64,000 nt of DNA, taken from contig OY970194.1 in assembly GCA_963708075.1 (NCBI GenBank), forward strand, positions 1,728,001-1,792,000, in the 5' to 3' direction. This document shows, piece after piece, positions 9,547 to 18,292 of the stretch (position 1 is its first letter; every line of letters starts with the position of its first letter). The DNA comes from Sedimentisphaerales bacterium. GTDB taxonomy: Bacteria; Planctomycetota; Phycisphaerae; Sedimentisphaerales; Anaerobacaceae. A model generated the notes under the pieces. That model worked only from the letters and a program-made list of their open reading frames with translations, ran no database searches and was not told the DNA's origin. The position numbers and the translations under genes are program-made.

Positions 9547-10569
9547 TCATGGGCGTTTCGGCGTGAGGAAGGCGTAGGCCAGGATCGCCAGCAGGGTGAT
9601 GGCGGAGATGTGCTGAAGCAGGCCGGGGCCCATGTGGTGATCGTGGCACGCCATGGCGACATCGACGCTGGAAATGAGGGAATCCAGCAGGAGGCCGGCT
9701 CCGAGGGCGCAGCCGGCGACCGTTAGAAGGTAGAGGATCGCGGTGCGTCTGCCCAGTTTGTTCCAGATGGTTGCCAGTCCGGCGGCGTTGGTCGCGGGGC
9801 CGGTCATGAGAAAGACGAACGCCGCTCCGGGGCTGAGCCCCTTCAGGATCAGAGCGGCCGCCACCGGCACCGAGGCCGAGGCGCATACGTAGAGGGGAAT
9901 CCCAATCGCCATCATCACCAGCATCGCCGGCAGTCCATGTCCCAGTCGGCCGGCGAAGAAATCATCCGGCACGATGGTGGAGATCAATGCGGCAATCGCC
10001 AGCCCCACCAACAGGGGCTTGCCGATGTCGCGCGGCAAGGAGATGAAGCCGTACTTCATGGCGTTCAGTAAACGATGTTTCGGCTTCTTGCTGCAATGAG
10101 GGCAATCACCGGCGGGTTCCGGGGCTGGGGGGTCCGGCAGTTGTGTTTGCTCCTCGCGTCCAAAGACGTTCACAAGCCCGCCGCCGATTAGGCCGGTGAT
10201 GAAAGCGACCAGAGGTCTGAAGACGGCAAACACCGGGCCGAGCAGGCTGTAAGTCACGAGGATACTGTCCACGCCGGTCTGCGGTGTGGAGAGCAGAAAC
10301 GAGATCGTCGAGCCTTTGCTCGCTCCGTGCTTGTGCAGGGACATGGCAACGGGGATCACGCCGCACGAGCACAGCGGCAATGGCACGCCGAACAGGCTGG
10401 CCTTCAGCACGGGTAGCATCCCCTGCCCTCCCAGATGCCGCTCCACCATCCGCTGTGAGACGAGGACCGACAGCAGGCCGGCCACGAAGAATCCAAACAG
10501 CAGGTACGGCGACATCTCCGCCACCGTCGTCCAGAAATCCACAAGGAGTTGCCAAAGAATCTCAACCAT
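9547..10569 (-). CDS. DUF318/ArsP-like permease (SO_0444-type putative metal transporter)
   Basis: GVPLPLCSCGVIP, STPQTGVDSI, PLYVCASASVP, GPATN motifs; His-rich C-terminus. Confidence 0.88.
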   Translation of the reverse strand: MVEILWQLLVDFWTTVAEMSPYLLFGFFVAGLLSVLVSQRMVERHLGGQGMLPVLKASLFGVPLPLCSCGVIPVAMSLHKHGASKGSTISFLLSTPQTGVDSILVTYSLLGPVFAVFRPLVAFITGLIGGGLVNVFGREEQTQLPDPPAPEPAGDCPHCSKKPKHRLLNAMKYGFISLPRDIGKPLLVGLAIAALISTIVPDDFFAGRLGHGLPAMLVMMAIGIPLYVCASASVPVAAALILKGLSPGAAFVFLMTGPATNAAGLATIWNKLGRRTAILYLLTVAGCALGAGLLLDSLISSVDVAMACHDHHMGPGLLQHISAITLLAILAYAFLTPKRP

Positions 10570-10763
10570 GATCTACCATTCTATTCTCAGAAGGTGTTTT
10601 AAGAAGTCGATTCATCGTAGCATAGGCATCTTGCCCCTGCTGGGTGCCATGCTTACGCTTGCGTGAGCATGCCTTGCCCAGCGAGTCGAGCATGTCTACG
10701 CAAGCGTAGACATGGCACCCGGCCCTATGAAAAGCCGTCTTTTCCGCGGGCGAGACGCCCGTG

Positions 10764-11513
10764 CTACTTCTCACGGACCTTCTCGGTCGCATGAATCGTC
10801 TCCGTACGAAGCACACTGCCTCGCAGCGAGATCGTGACATCTTCAAAGCTCAGCGGTTTGCCGCTGCGTGCGATCGCAGTACGAGCCACGTGAGTCAGAC
10901 CGGAGCAGCATGGGACCTCCATATGAACTACCGTCAGACTGCGCAGGTTGTTCGCCTGGAGAATCTGAGTCAGCTTCTGGATGTAGAACTGGACGTCGTC
11001 CAGCTTCGGGCAGCCGATAGCGATGCTTCGGCCCTTGAGAAGACGCCGGTGGAAGTCGCCCATCGCAAAGGGAACGCAATCGGCCACCAGCAATAGATCG
11101 GCATCGGCGAAATACGGCGCCATCGGCGGCACAAGTTTCAATTGCACCGGCCACTGGCTCAGGTGCGAAGGGATCTCGGCCGCATCGCTCTGCGCGGGCG
11201 GCTCGTTCCTTGTCAACTGCTGCATCGCCATCCCCGGGCACACGAACAGCGGCTCGGCCTGCGGCTTACTCTGGTGCCCGAGGTGAACCTTCACGGCTTC
11301 TTCATCGAACTCCGTCGCCTCGCGCTGCTCGATCGTGATGGCGCCCTCGGGACAGTGTCCGAGGCACGCCCCGAGGCCATCGCAATAGGAATCGCTGACG
11401 AGCCGGGCTTTGCCGTTGATGATCTTGATCGCGCCTTCGGCGCACGCCGTCGCGCACAACCCGCACCCGGTACACTTGCCCTCGTCGATTCTCACGATAT
11501 TGCGAACAGCCAT
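10764..11513 (-). CDS. 4Fe-4S dicluster protein with C-terminal Cys domain (hcp-associated)
   Basis: CTGCGLCATAC, CDGLGACLGHCP, QWPVQL, GCPKLD, MEVPCC. Confidence 0.88.
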   Translation of the reverse strand: MAVRNIVRIDEGKCTGCGLCATACAEGAIKIINGKARLVSDSYCDGLGACLGHCPEGAITIEQREATEFDEEAVKVHLGHQSKPQAEPLFVCPGMAMQQLTRNEPPAQSDAAEIPSHLSQWPVQLKLVPPMAPYFADADLLLVADCVPFAMGDFHRRLLKGRSIAIGCPKLDDVQFYIQKLTQILQANNLRSLTVVHMEVPCCSGLTHVARTAIARSGKPLSFEDVTISLRGSVLRTETIHATEKVREK

Positions 11514-11546
11514 TCTATATCTCCTGTAAAGACGCAGCGTTGGTAT

Positions 11547-11620
11547 GTAGGGTGGGTTCTCAACCCACGCGTCAGGATGCGCCTTGACCTGGGAACGCGT
11601 GGGTCAAGGACCCACCCTAC
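11547..11620. repeat. GTAG-type REP-like inverted pair
   Basis: GTAGGGTGGGTTCTCAACCCACGCG ... CGCGTGGGTCAAGGACCCACCCTAC; inverted copy at 21596..21669. Confidence 0.85.
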
Positions 11621-11648
11621 GGATACTGGAACAAAATGCGAACGTTCT

Positions 11649-13304
11649 TTACGCACTCAGCGCGGCAGCCAGATCTTCTTTTACAGTAGCGATCGGCTTG
11701 ATGTCGAACTTCTCAACGAGCACATCCAGCACTTCGGGCGTGACAAACGCCGGCAGGGTCGGTCCAAGCCGGATATCGGTGAGGCCCAGGTGCAGCAACG
11801 TCAGCAGGATCGCCACCGCTTTCTGCTCGAACCAGGACAGAACCAGCGACAGCGGCAGGTCGTTCACGCCGCAGCCGAACGCATTGGCCAGCGCCACGGC
11901 GATCTGAACGGCCGAGTACGCGTCGTTGCATTGGCCCAAATCGAGCAGTCGCGGAATGCCCTCGATCTGGCCGAATTCGAGCTTGTTGAAGCGGTATTTG
12001 CCGCACGCCAGGGTCAGAATGACGCAATCGTCCGGCACCTGCTCCGCGAACTGGGTGTAATAGTTTCGGCCGGGCTTGGCGCCGTCGCAGCCGCCGATCA
12101 GGAAAAAGTGCCTGATCTTGCCCTGCTTGACGAGGTCGATCACCTTGCCCGCCACGCTCATGACAGTGTTGCGGGCGAAACCGACCGTGATGTATTTCTC
12201 GGGCACATCGACCGGGAATCCCGGAGCGGCCAGCGCCGCCTCAATCACGGGCGTGAAGTTCCGGTCGGTGATGTGCGTGACGCCGGGCCAGCCGACCAGG
12301 CCGGAGGTGAAGATGCGGCCGTGATAATTCTCCTTGGGCTTCTGCAGGCAGTTGGTCGTCATCAGGATCGCGCCGGGGAACGCCTCGAATTCGTTCCGCT
12401 GAACCTGCCAGGCGCCGCCGTAGTTGCCCACGAGGTGCTTGTACTTCTTCAGGGCCGGGTAGGCATTGCAGGCCAGCATCTCGCCATGCGTGTACACATT
12501 GATGCCTTTGCCCTGCGTCTGCTTGAGGAGTTCCTCCAGGTCCTTGAGGTCGTGGCCCGAGACGACGATGCATTTGCCCTTGACCGGTGTGATGCGAACT
12601 TTCGTCGGCTCCGGATGACCATAGGTTCCGGTATTAGCGGCGTCCAGCAATTCCATGGCCTTGAGATTGATCTCGCCGACCTTGAGGGCCCGCTGCAGCA
12701 GATCCCCAGTATCCGTGGGCCCGCGTGTCAGATAATCGTGCATCTCGTGGAATGCGGCGTAGAGTTGCTCATCCTCCTTGCCGAGAATCCGGGCATGGTC
12801 CGCGTACGCCGCCGCGCCTTTGAGGCCGTACTCGATCAGCTCCTGCAGGCCGGTGGTCGTCTTGCCGAGCTTTTCCATGCGTCGGTCGATCCCGACCTCG
12901 CGACCTTTGTCGATCAGTGTCAGGAGATCGTCTCCGCCCTCCCACCAGGCGACGGGACATTCGAGCTTCTCGGGCACGCGTCCGGCCTGTCTGGCGGCTT
13001 CCTCGTAGAGGCACTGCGCCCGGTCTTTCATCCGTGCCGCCTCCTCCATGAGCGTCTTGAACCGCTCCGGGTCGAAATTGACGTTCGTCAGCGTGCTGAA
13101 GAGCGCCTGGATCGTGAATACATCGACATCGCGATCCCTCGCCCCCAACTGGTACGCCCGGTGGGCATACCGGGAAATGTCTTTGGCGGCGTACACCAGC
13201 AGGTCCTGGAGCGCCGCGACTTGCGGGTCCTTCCCGCAGACGCCATACTGCGTGCATCCTACCCCCCCTGCTGTTTGTTCGCATTGCATACATAGCATGT
13301 CCAT
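11649..13304 (-). CDS. hcp: Hybrid cluster protein (hydroxylamine reductase)
   Basis: CxxC-x8-C-x5-CGK N-terminus, SGHDL, YTHGEML, TTNC, GGCDG, ACGKYRF, GQCND, WFEQKA. Confidence 0.97.
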   Translation of the reverse strand: MDMLCMQCEQTAGGVGCTQYGVCGKDPQVAALQDLLVYAAKDISRYAHRAYQLGARDRDVDVFTIQALFSTLTNVNFDPERFKTLMEEAARMKDRAQCLYEEAARQAGRVPEKLECPVAWWEGGDDLLTLIDKGREVGIDRRMEKLGKTTTGLQELIEYGLKGAAAYADHARILGKEDEQLYAAFHEMHDYLTRGPTDTGDLLQRALKVGEINLKAMELLDAANTGTYGHPEPTKVRITPVKGKCIVVSGHDLKDLEELLKQTQGKGINVYTHGEMLACNAYPALKKYKHLVGNYGGAWQVQRNEFEAFPGAILMTTNCLQKPKENYHGRIFTSGLVGWPGVTHITDRNFTPVIEAALAAPGFPVDVPEKYITVGFARNTVMSVAGKVIDLVKQGKIRHFFLIGGCDGAKPGRNYYTQFAEQVPDDCVILTLACGKYRFNKLEFGQIEGIPRLLDLGQCNDAYSAVQIAVALANAFGCGVNDLPLSLVLSWFEQKAVAILLTLLHLGLTDIRLGPTLPAFVTPEVLDVLVEKFDIKPIATVKEDLAAALSA

Positions 13305-13383
13305 TCAATCTCCTTTTCCCGTTGAACCGTTAACTATTACAAGGTCTTTCCAGCCGCCAGACGAATGCGGGATGGCCCGAGCC

Positions 13384-13734
13384 TCAACCGCGAATCATAA
13401 TCAGAAGCATTTTGAATCGTTCATCCGCCTCCAGGGCGTGCGGCACATTCGCCGGCATGATGATGATCTCCCCGGCCGAGACGCCCTGCGGCTGTCCGCC
13501 GATGGTCACGGTGGCGTGCCCCTCGGTCACCAGGACAATCGCGTCGTACGGGCTCGTATGCTCGCTGAGCTTCTGGCCCCGGTCGAATGCGAACAGCGTG
13601 ACCGTGCCGGCCTGCTTGTCGAGGATCGTCTTACTGACGATCGAATCCTCGGCGTAGCCGATGAACGTCTCCAGGCGCGCCGCCTTGCCGAGGCATGCCT
13701 CCAATACACTCTCATGATGCGTATGCACTGTCAT
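13384..13734 (-). CDS. Cupin domain protein
   Basis: GTVTLFAFDRGQKLSEHTSPYDA...IMPANVPHAL; start overlaps the Rrf2 stop. Confidence 0.88.
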   Translation of the reverse strand: MTVHTHHESVLEACLGKAARLETFIGYAEDSIVSKTILDKQAGTVTLFAFDRGQKLSEHTSPYDAIVLVTEGHATVTIGGQPQGVSAGEIIIMPANVPHALEADERFKMLLIMIRG

Positions 13735-14186
13735 TTTGCCCTCCTGTGCAACCACGGTTGCCGGGCCGGGGTTTCCCCGCCGTCCACGAGATCGGCGAGC
13801 CTCACACTCCCCAGATACTCCTCCATATGGCCCTGTAGTTCGGTGATTTTGGCGCGGACCGCACAATATCCCCCTCGCGGGCACGCGCAATCGCTGATCA
13901 GACACCGGTTCAGCCTGACCGGCCCCTGGATCGCCTCGACGACCTCCAGAAGGCTGATCTGCTGCGGAGCCCGCATCAGTTGGAACCCGCCTTTGGGCCC
14001 CATGCTGCTGCTGACGAGCTTGGTATCGTGCAGCCGCTGCATCAGCTTGCAGGCAAGCTGGTACGACACCTCCTGCTCCTGCGCGAGCACGCGGGTCGAG
14101 ACCGAGCCGTCCTCATACCTGCCCGCCAGGCCAATCATCAGCCGCAAGGCATAATCCGTGTTTCGTCGCAAGATATCCATATTCAC
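13731..14186 (-). CDS. Rrf2 family transcriptional regulator (Cys-containing)
   Basis: TDYALRLM, LVSSSMGPKGGFQL, ISLLEVVEAIQG, CLISDCACPRGGYC. Confidence 0.92.
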   Translation of the reverse strand: MNMDILRRNTDYALRLMIGLAGRYEDGSVSTRVLAQEQEVSYQLACKLMQRLHDTKLVSSSMGPKGGFQLMRAPQQISLLEVVEAIQGPVRLNRCLISDCACPRGGYCAVRAKITELQGHMEEYLGSVRLADLVDGGETPARQPWLHRRAK

Positions 14187-14233
14187 CTCTACCCTTTACC
14201 CGCCCGGCAGAGTTCACCTTGTGACTCATGCCG

Positions 14234-14271
14234 TATAAGACTAATATAGTCCTACTCGCCCGCCCGTTCAA
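14234..14271 (-). promoter_or_regulatory. Sigma70-type promoter overlapped by a palindromic operator (putative Rrf2 site)
   Basis: Minus strand TTGAAC-17 bp-TATATT; imperfect palindrome TAAGAC-TAATATA-GTCCTA at 14236..14254. Confidence 0.7.
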
Positions 14272-14333
14272 GCAAAAAAGAAAATTTTTTTCGCACAGCC
14301 TCGCACGTGTTCCGCGTGGAGCCGCCGCTCGCC

Positions 14334-14425
14334 GGGTGGCACCGCCAAACTCGTTTGACGGTGCTGTTTCGATGGGCCCGGCCCATTCAAGACCCCACGG
14401 GCAAACAAGTCTGCCCGCGCCACCC
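14334..14425. repeat. GGGTGGC-ended REP-like palindromic element
   Basis: Starts GGGTGGCACCGCCAAAC and ends GCGCCACCC, with internal hairpins. Confidence 0.6.
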
Positions 14426-14511
14426 TTTGCTGGATCTGCCCACGTTGAACAGGCCCCTCCTCTACCTTGCTCTGTGCCCCGAATCCGCGGTCATTTGCCG
14501 GCCGGGCGCCT

Positions 14512-15969
14512 CTACGGTAGAAGCTTGACCCCCTTGCCCGCAACGAAACCCTCGGCCACATCCCAGGCCTTCTGCCGGGTGGATACATCCGGATAATTCG
14601 GCGGCTCGCTGATCCCCTTCCTTGCCAATAGCCTCGCCGCCTGCACGCGGACTTGCTGGGCCAGATTGGCCGCTTCGCCGAGCAGCCGCATGGATTCCTG
14701 CGGCGAGTGGAACCCCATGCCATTGTTCGATGCGATGAAATCCCACCGGATCTGCGCCCGCCGAAGGAGCCCGCGGGCCTCCTCCAACTCCTCTGCCGAA
14801 GCGCCTGCCTGTACCGCGGCCGCGATATCGAAATGCGCCCGAACCAACGCTTCTTCCGTCGCCAGCCGCGCATTCTCGGTCTTCGTCTGAATCCCCTCGA
14901 CGCGCGTGCGGATCTCGTCCTCCTCCCAGCGGTGGCAAACGGCGCAACTGTTGGCGATATTCAGCAAGGGGCTCTGCACGTGATGATCCATATACTTCAC
15001 CCCCCCTTCCGTGCGGTACGGCATGTGGCAATCCGCACAGGAAACGTTCCGATAGGAGTGAATCCCCGTCAGGTACAACTCATAGTCCGGGTGCTGCATC
15101 TTGACGATCGGCGTGCCCGAGATCGCATGCACATAGTCAACATGCTTCACCTCGTCGTAATAGGCCAGTATCTCCTCCAGCGTCGTGCCCTTGCCCCACG
15201 GAAACACCAGGTAATTCTTCAGCCCCGCCTCCTTGTCCGTCCGGAAGTAGTATTCCACATGGCATTGGGCACACACCAGCGACCGCATCTCCTGGTGAGT
15301 CGCGTCATTGATGTTCCGGCCCATCGCCTCGAAGGCCTCTTTCAATGCCGGTCGGGTGATGCGGAGCTTCAGCGTCTGCGGATTGTGGCAATCCTGGCAG
15401 CCAATCGGGTGCGTAACCTCGCCGGCAAGATCGTAAAAGTTCGAGGCGTAGAACTCCTTGACGCCCATCTTATTCATCAGCCGGGGCACATCCGTACTCT
15501 TGCACGTCCAGCACGTCCCGGCGTTGAACGGCCGGATCAGCCGGGCCGTCTTGCTCACGTCCTGAACGGCGAAATAATGCCCGCGGGCCTGGAGGTAATC
15601 CTTACTGAACCCGTACCCTGCAAAGAGAATCACCTCATGCGGATCGATGTCGAGGTAATCGCGAGGATACGACCCGCCGTACTTCGTCTTTGTGTCCTCG
15701 ATGCTGGTCCGCATGTACGACTCGTACTCCAGCGGGTAGTTCTGCCCCCAGACGGCGTTATTGGGCTCCCATTCCGCCAGCGGCCGGACCACCACCGGCG
15801 GCCTCTGCGTCTCCCACCGCCGCTCCATGATCGAGACCGCCAGCAGCCCCAGCAGCACAACGACTACCGCGACCACCCCGATCAGAAGCAAACCCATCCA
15901 AAGCGGCAGCGAAGCAGACCTCCGGGGGCTACCCCCTGGCCGTTCTCCCTGGCTCATGTCGCCCGTCAT
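14512..15969 (-). CDS. nrfA: Ammonia-forming cytochrome c nitrite reductase, catalytic subunit
   Basis: CWTCK (Lys-ligated heme) plus CQDCH, CAQCHVEY, CADCH, CAVCH; KMQHPDYE; GFHSP. Confidence 0.96.
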   Translation of the reverse strand: MTGDMSQGERPGGSPRRSASLPLWMGLLLIGVVAVVVVLLGLLAVSIMERRWETQRPPVVVRPLAEWEPNNAVWGQNYPLEYESYMRTSIEDTKTKYGGSYPRDYLDIDPHEVILFAGYGFSKDYLQARGHYFAVQDVSKTARLIRPFNAGTCWTCKSTDVPRLMNKMGVKEFYASNFYDLAGEVTHPIGCQDCHNPQTLKLRITRPALKEAFEAMGRNINDATHQEMRSLVCAQCHVEYYFRTDKEAGLKNYLVFPWGKGTTLEEILAYYDEVKHVDYVHAISGTPIVKMQHPDYELYLTGIHSYRNVSCADCHMPYRTEGGVKYMDHHVQSPLLNIANSCAVCHRWEEDEIRTRVEGIQTKTENARLATEEALVRAHFDIAAAVQAGASAEELEEARGLLRRAQIRWDFIASNNGMGFHSPQESMRLLGEAANLAQQVRVQAARLLARKGISEPPNYPDVSTRQKAWDVAEGFVAGKGVKLLP

Positions 15970-16144
15970 TGTCCAACTCCTTTCTCATTGCCGGTTAGGC
16001 AAGAGACCTGACATGCCATCCGTTCGCATAGAGGCCGTAGGGCCCTCTTCGTAGGTCGTGCGTCCTCGCAGGACCCTTTGGGCGAGTGGGGACGCTCGCC
16101 CTACGCAGGCACCTCACAACCGCCCATCTTGAAGAATGGGCATC

Positions 16145-16804
16145 CTACTTCTCCCCTTTCGCCCTATCCAACTGTCCCCTCTCATCCCTCTTCATCCAGT
16201 CCAGCCCCGCATCCGGCAGGCCCGGCCGTAGCGGCACCGGCGACGCCGAAAGGCTCCGAACCTTGCCGTGGATATTCTGGTGGCAATCCCAGCACCGACG
16301 TTCACGGGTCGGGGGTCGGGTGCCAGGTGCCGGTGAACCGCCCCCGGCTCCCTGATCCCTGATCCCCGACACCTGATCCCTAATCCTTGACACCTGATGG
16401 CTGTGACAATGAACGCAATTCGCCTGCACCACCCGCACCGCCCTGGCGGAAAGCTCCAATACCTGCGACTGCGTGCCCATCGTGAACACATAGGAATGCT
16501 TCATCCCATCCTGAGCTTTATAGGCATATTTCGCCACAAAACTGCTGTGCGGCACATGGCAATCGACGCAAACCGCGACCCGCCCGTGACTACCCCGCTG
16601 CCAGCTCGCATAAGCATCGGTCATCACATGGCAATTGATGCAAGTCTGCGGCTCGTCCGACAGATACGAGGTCGCATTGGCGATCCGAGCCAGCACCAGC
16701 GCCATGCCAATCGCCATGCCCACAAGCCCATAAATCCCGACCTGCACCACTCTCGGCAGCCCGGCCAGCGTGACAATCGATATGCCCCAATCGACAATTT
16801 TCAT
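16145..16804 (-). CDS. nrfH: Cytochrome c nitrite reductase small tetraheme subunit
   Basis: N-terminal TM; SYLSDEPQTCINCHVM, CVDCH, CVHCH, CWDCH; lies upstream of nrfA. Confidence 0.93.
   Translation of the reverse strand: MKIVDWGISIVTLAGLPRVVQVGIYGLVGMAIGMALVLARIANATSYLSDEPQTCINCHVMTDAYASWQRGSHGRVAVCVDCHVPHSSFVAKYAYKAQDGMKHSYVFTMGTQSQVLELSARAVRVVQANCVHCHSHQVSRIRDQVSGIRDQGAGGGSPAPGTRPPTRERRCWDCHQNIHGKVRSLSASPVPLRPGLPDAGLDWMKRDERGQLDRAKGEK
16306..16399. repeat. Inverted arrays of 7-bp repeats inside nrfH
   Basis: GGGTCGG GGGTCGG GTGCCAG GTGCCGG, a 17-bp spacer, then CCTGATC CCTGATC CCCGACA CCTGATC CCTAATC CTTGACA CCTGATG. Confidence 0.8.
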
Positions 16805-17057
16805 GCGGCGAATAGTACTGTCCCCCACCCCGTCCCGCAAGCCCGACGAATGAGGTTTTTCCCCATGGCGAACGCAGGGCCACCCGACCCGATGGCCGAC
16901 AGCGTCCGTTGGTAGTGACGCCGTGAGGCGTTTCTTGACCGCCTGACAGACCCGGGTTGACCAACTCCGATCTCAACGATAGAATACAGTCAAATACGGT
17001 CGCGCGGCGTGCCGCGTGAGCGCACATCGCCGGTACACGAAATGAGGAATCGGAATC

Positions 17058-17402
17058 ATGATTTCGATGGATACATGGCAAGGTCAGGAGACTGACAAAG
17101 CTCTGCTGGACAAGTGCCGCCAGGCCATCAGACGGGTCGTACCCGATGCCGACGTCATCTTGTACGGTTCGCGCGCCCGGGGAGATGCTCAGGAATACTC
17201 CGATTACGACATCCTCGTTCTCGTGGATGAGCCGGTAAGCGTCGCCCTGAAGGATCGGATTCTCTCCAGCATCTATCCGTTGGAGCTTGACACGGGGGCC
17301 ATGCTGACGCTGGTCACATACAACCGGCGCCAGTGGGAGTCGTTCCCATATAGAGAAATGCCTTTCCATCAGAACGTCGAGCGGGACGGGGTGGCGTTGT
17401 GA
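17058..17402 (+). CDS. Minimal nucleotidyltransferase (MNT antitoxin)
   Basis: VILYGSRARGD...SDYDILVLV; C-terminal FHQNVERDGVAL. Confidence 0.9.
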   Translation: MISMDTWQGQETDKALLDKCRQAIRRVVPDADVILYGSRARGDAQEYSDYDILVLVDEPVSVALKDRILSSIYPLELDTGAMLTLVTYNRRQWESFPYREMPFHQNVERDGVAL

Positions 17403-17482
17403 ATGACGCGACGGCTTTCGTGGACTACATCGACAGCCTGATCGCTCGAATCGAACCACCAACAACCGATGCCGGCCGCTAG
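17399..17482 (+). pseudogene. Possible internally deleted HEPN toxin remnant
   Basis: GTG overlaps the MNT stop; the 27-aa product VNDATAFVDYIDSLIARIE... resembles the terminal helix of HEPN proteins. Confidence 0.4.
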
Positions 17483-17706
17483 CCTGCCACGTGGATTCTT
17501 CCCACTGGGGACATCCACCTTCCCTCTCCCCCGAAGCCGCAGAGAACACCCGCCGTGCAAGAATGTGGAATGTGTAGGTTTGACCCCCTACTCGTCCCCA
17601 GGGCAAGGACCAAGACACGCAGAAAAACGCCGAATCGGATGCTGTTTCTTCTTGCCGTGCTCGGTGTGGCGCGTTATCACCACGGGCGTGACTGAAGGAG
17701 AATCGG

Positions 17707-18222
17707 ATGCCCATGACAGATCCAAATGACGTCTTTAGACAGTATCTTGAGGAGAGACCGTTACTGGACTTCTCTGTCTACACGAATACACAGATCGAGC
17801 GACTTAACAAGCTCGCATCTGAGATTAATGGTATGATGACACAGCGTAGAGATGCTCAAGTGTTTAGTGATATATATGGATCATTTTGGCTATGGGTACT
17901 TGGAGCATATGAAGTTGTCAGGACTATGGCTCAGGCAAGATCATCTTTTGTGCCAGAAGTGACTCAGCGACTTAAAGACTATAAACGTAAGATTGCCAAC
18001 ATCCGTATGCCGTTTGCCAAGCAAGAGTATCAAGGAAGAAATCGCCCCATTTTCAATGAAGCTTCTATGTCTGGAATGAATACGCAGACTGGAGATATGT
18101 TCTTCACAATCGAGGGCGTTCAGTTTTCAAGCATGTCATTAATGAAGGAATTTCGTGATCTAATGGTTAGCATAAAGGCCACGGATATACTTAAAAGACA
18201 CGATGAATCGTATAATCAATAA
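17707..18222 (+). CDS. Hypothetical alpha-helical protein (AT-richer cargo)
   Basis: 171-aa ORF with GAAGGAG RBS; visibly more AT-rich than the backbone. Confidence 0.7.
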   Translation: MPMTDPNDVFRQYLEERPLLDFSVYTNTQIERLNKLASEINGMMTQRRDAQVFSDIYGSFWLWVLGAYEVVRTMAQARSSFVPEVTQRLKDYKRKIANIRMPFAKQEYQGRNRPIFNEASMSGMNTQTGDMFFTIEGVQFSSMSLMKEFRDLMVSIKATDILKRHDESYNQ

Positions 18223-18292
18223 ACGTCGACGAATGCGAGTAACTAGGGTCGGTCCATAGTAACGCCAAATAACTGTTGGGAGAAAAACAGAA

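Noticed and set aside
11142..13295. Long opposite-strand ORFs (also 26302..28134, 38768..40891, 50160..52460)
   Set aside because: They are antisense shadows of well-supported GC-rich genes and have no motifs of their own.
18222..18292. Possible integron attC site between cargo genes
   Set aside because: No complementary RYYYAAC/GTTRRRY pair or convincing stem, and no integrase in the window.
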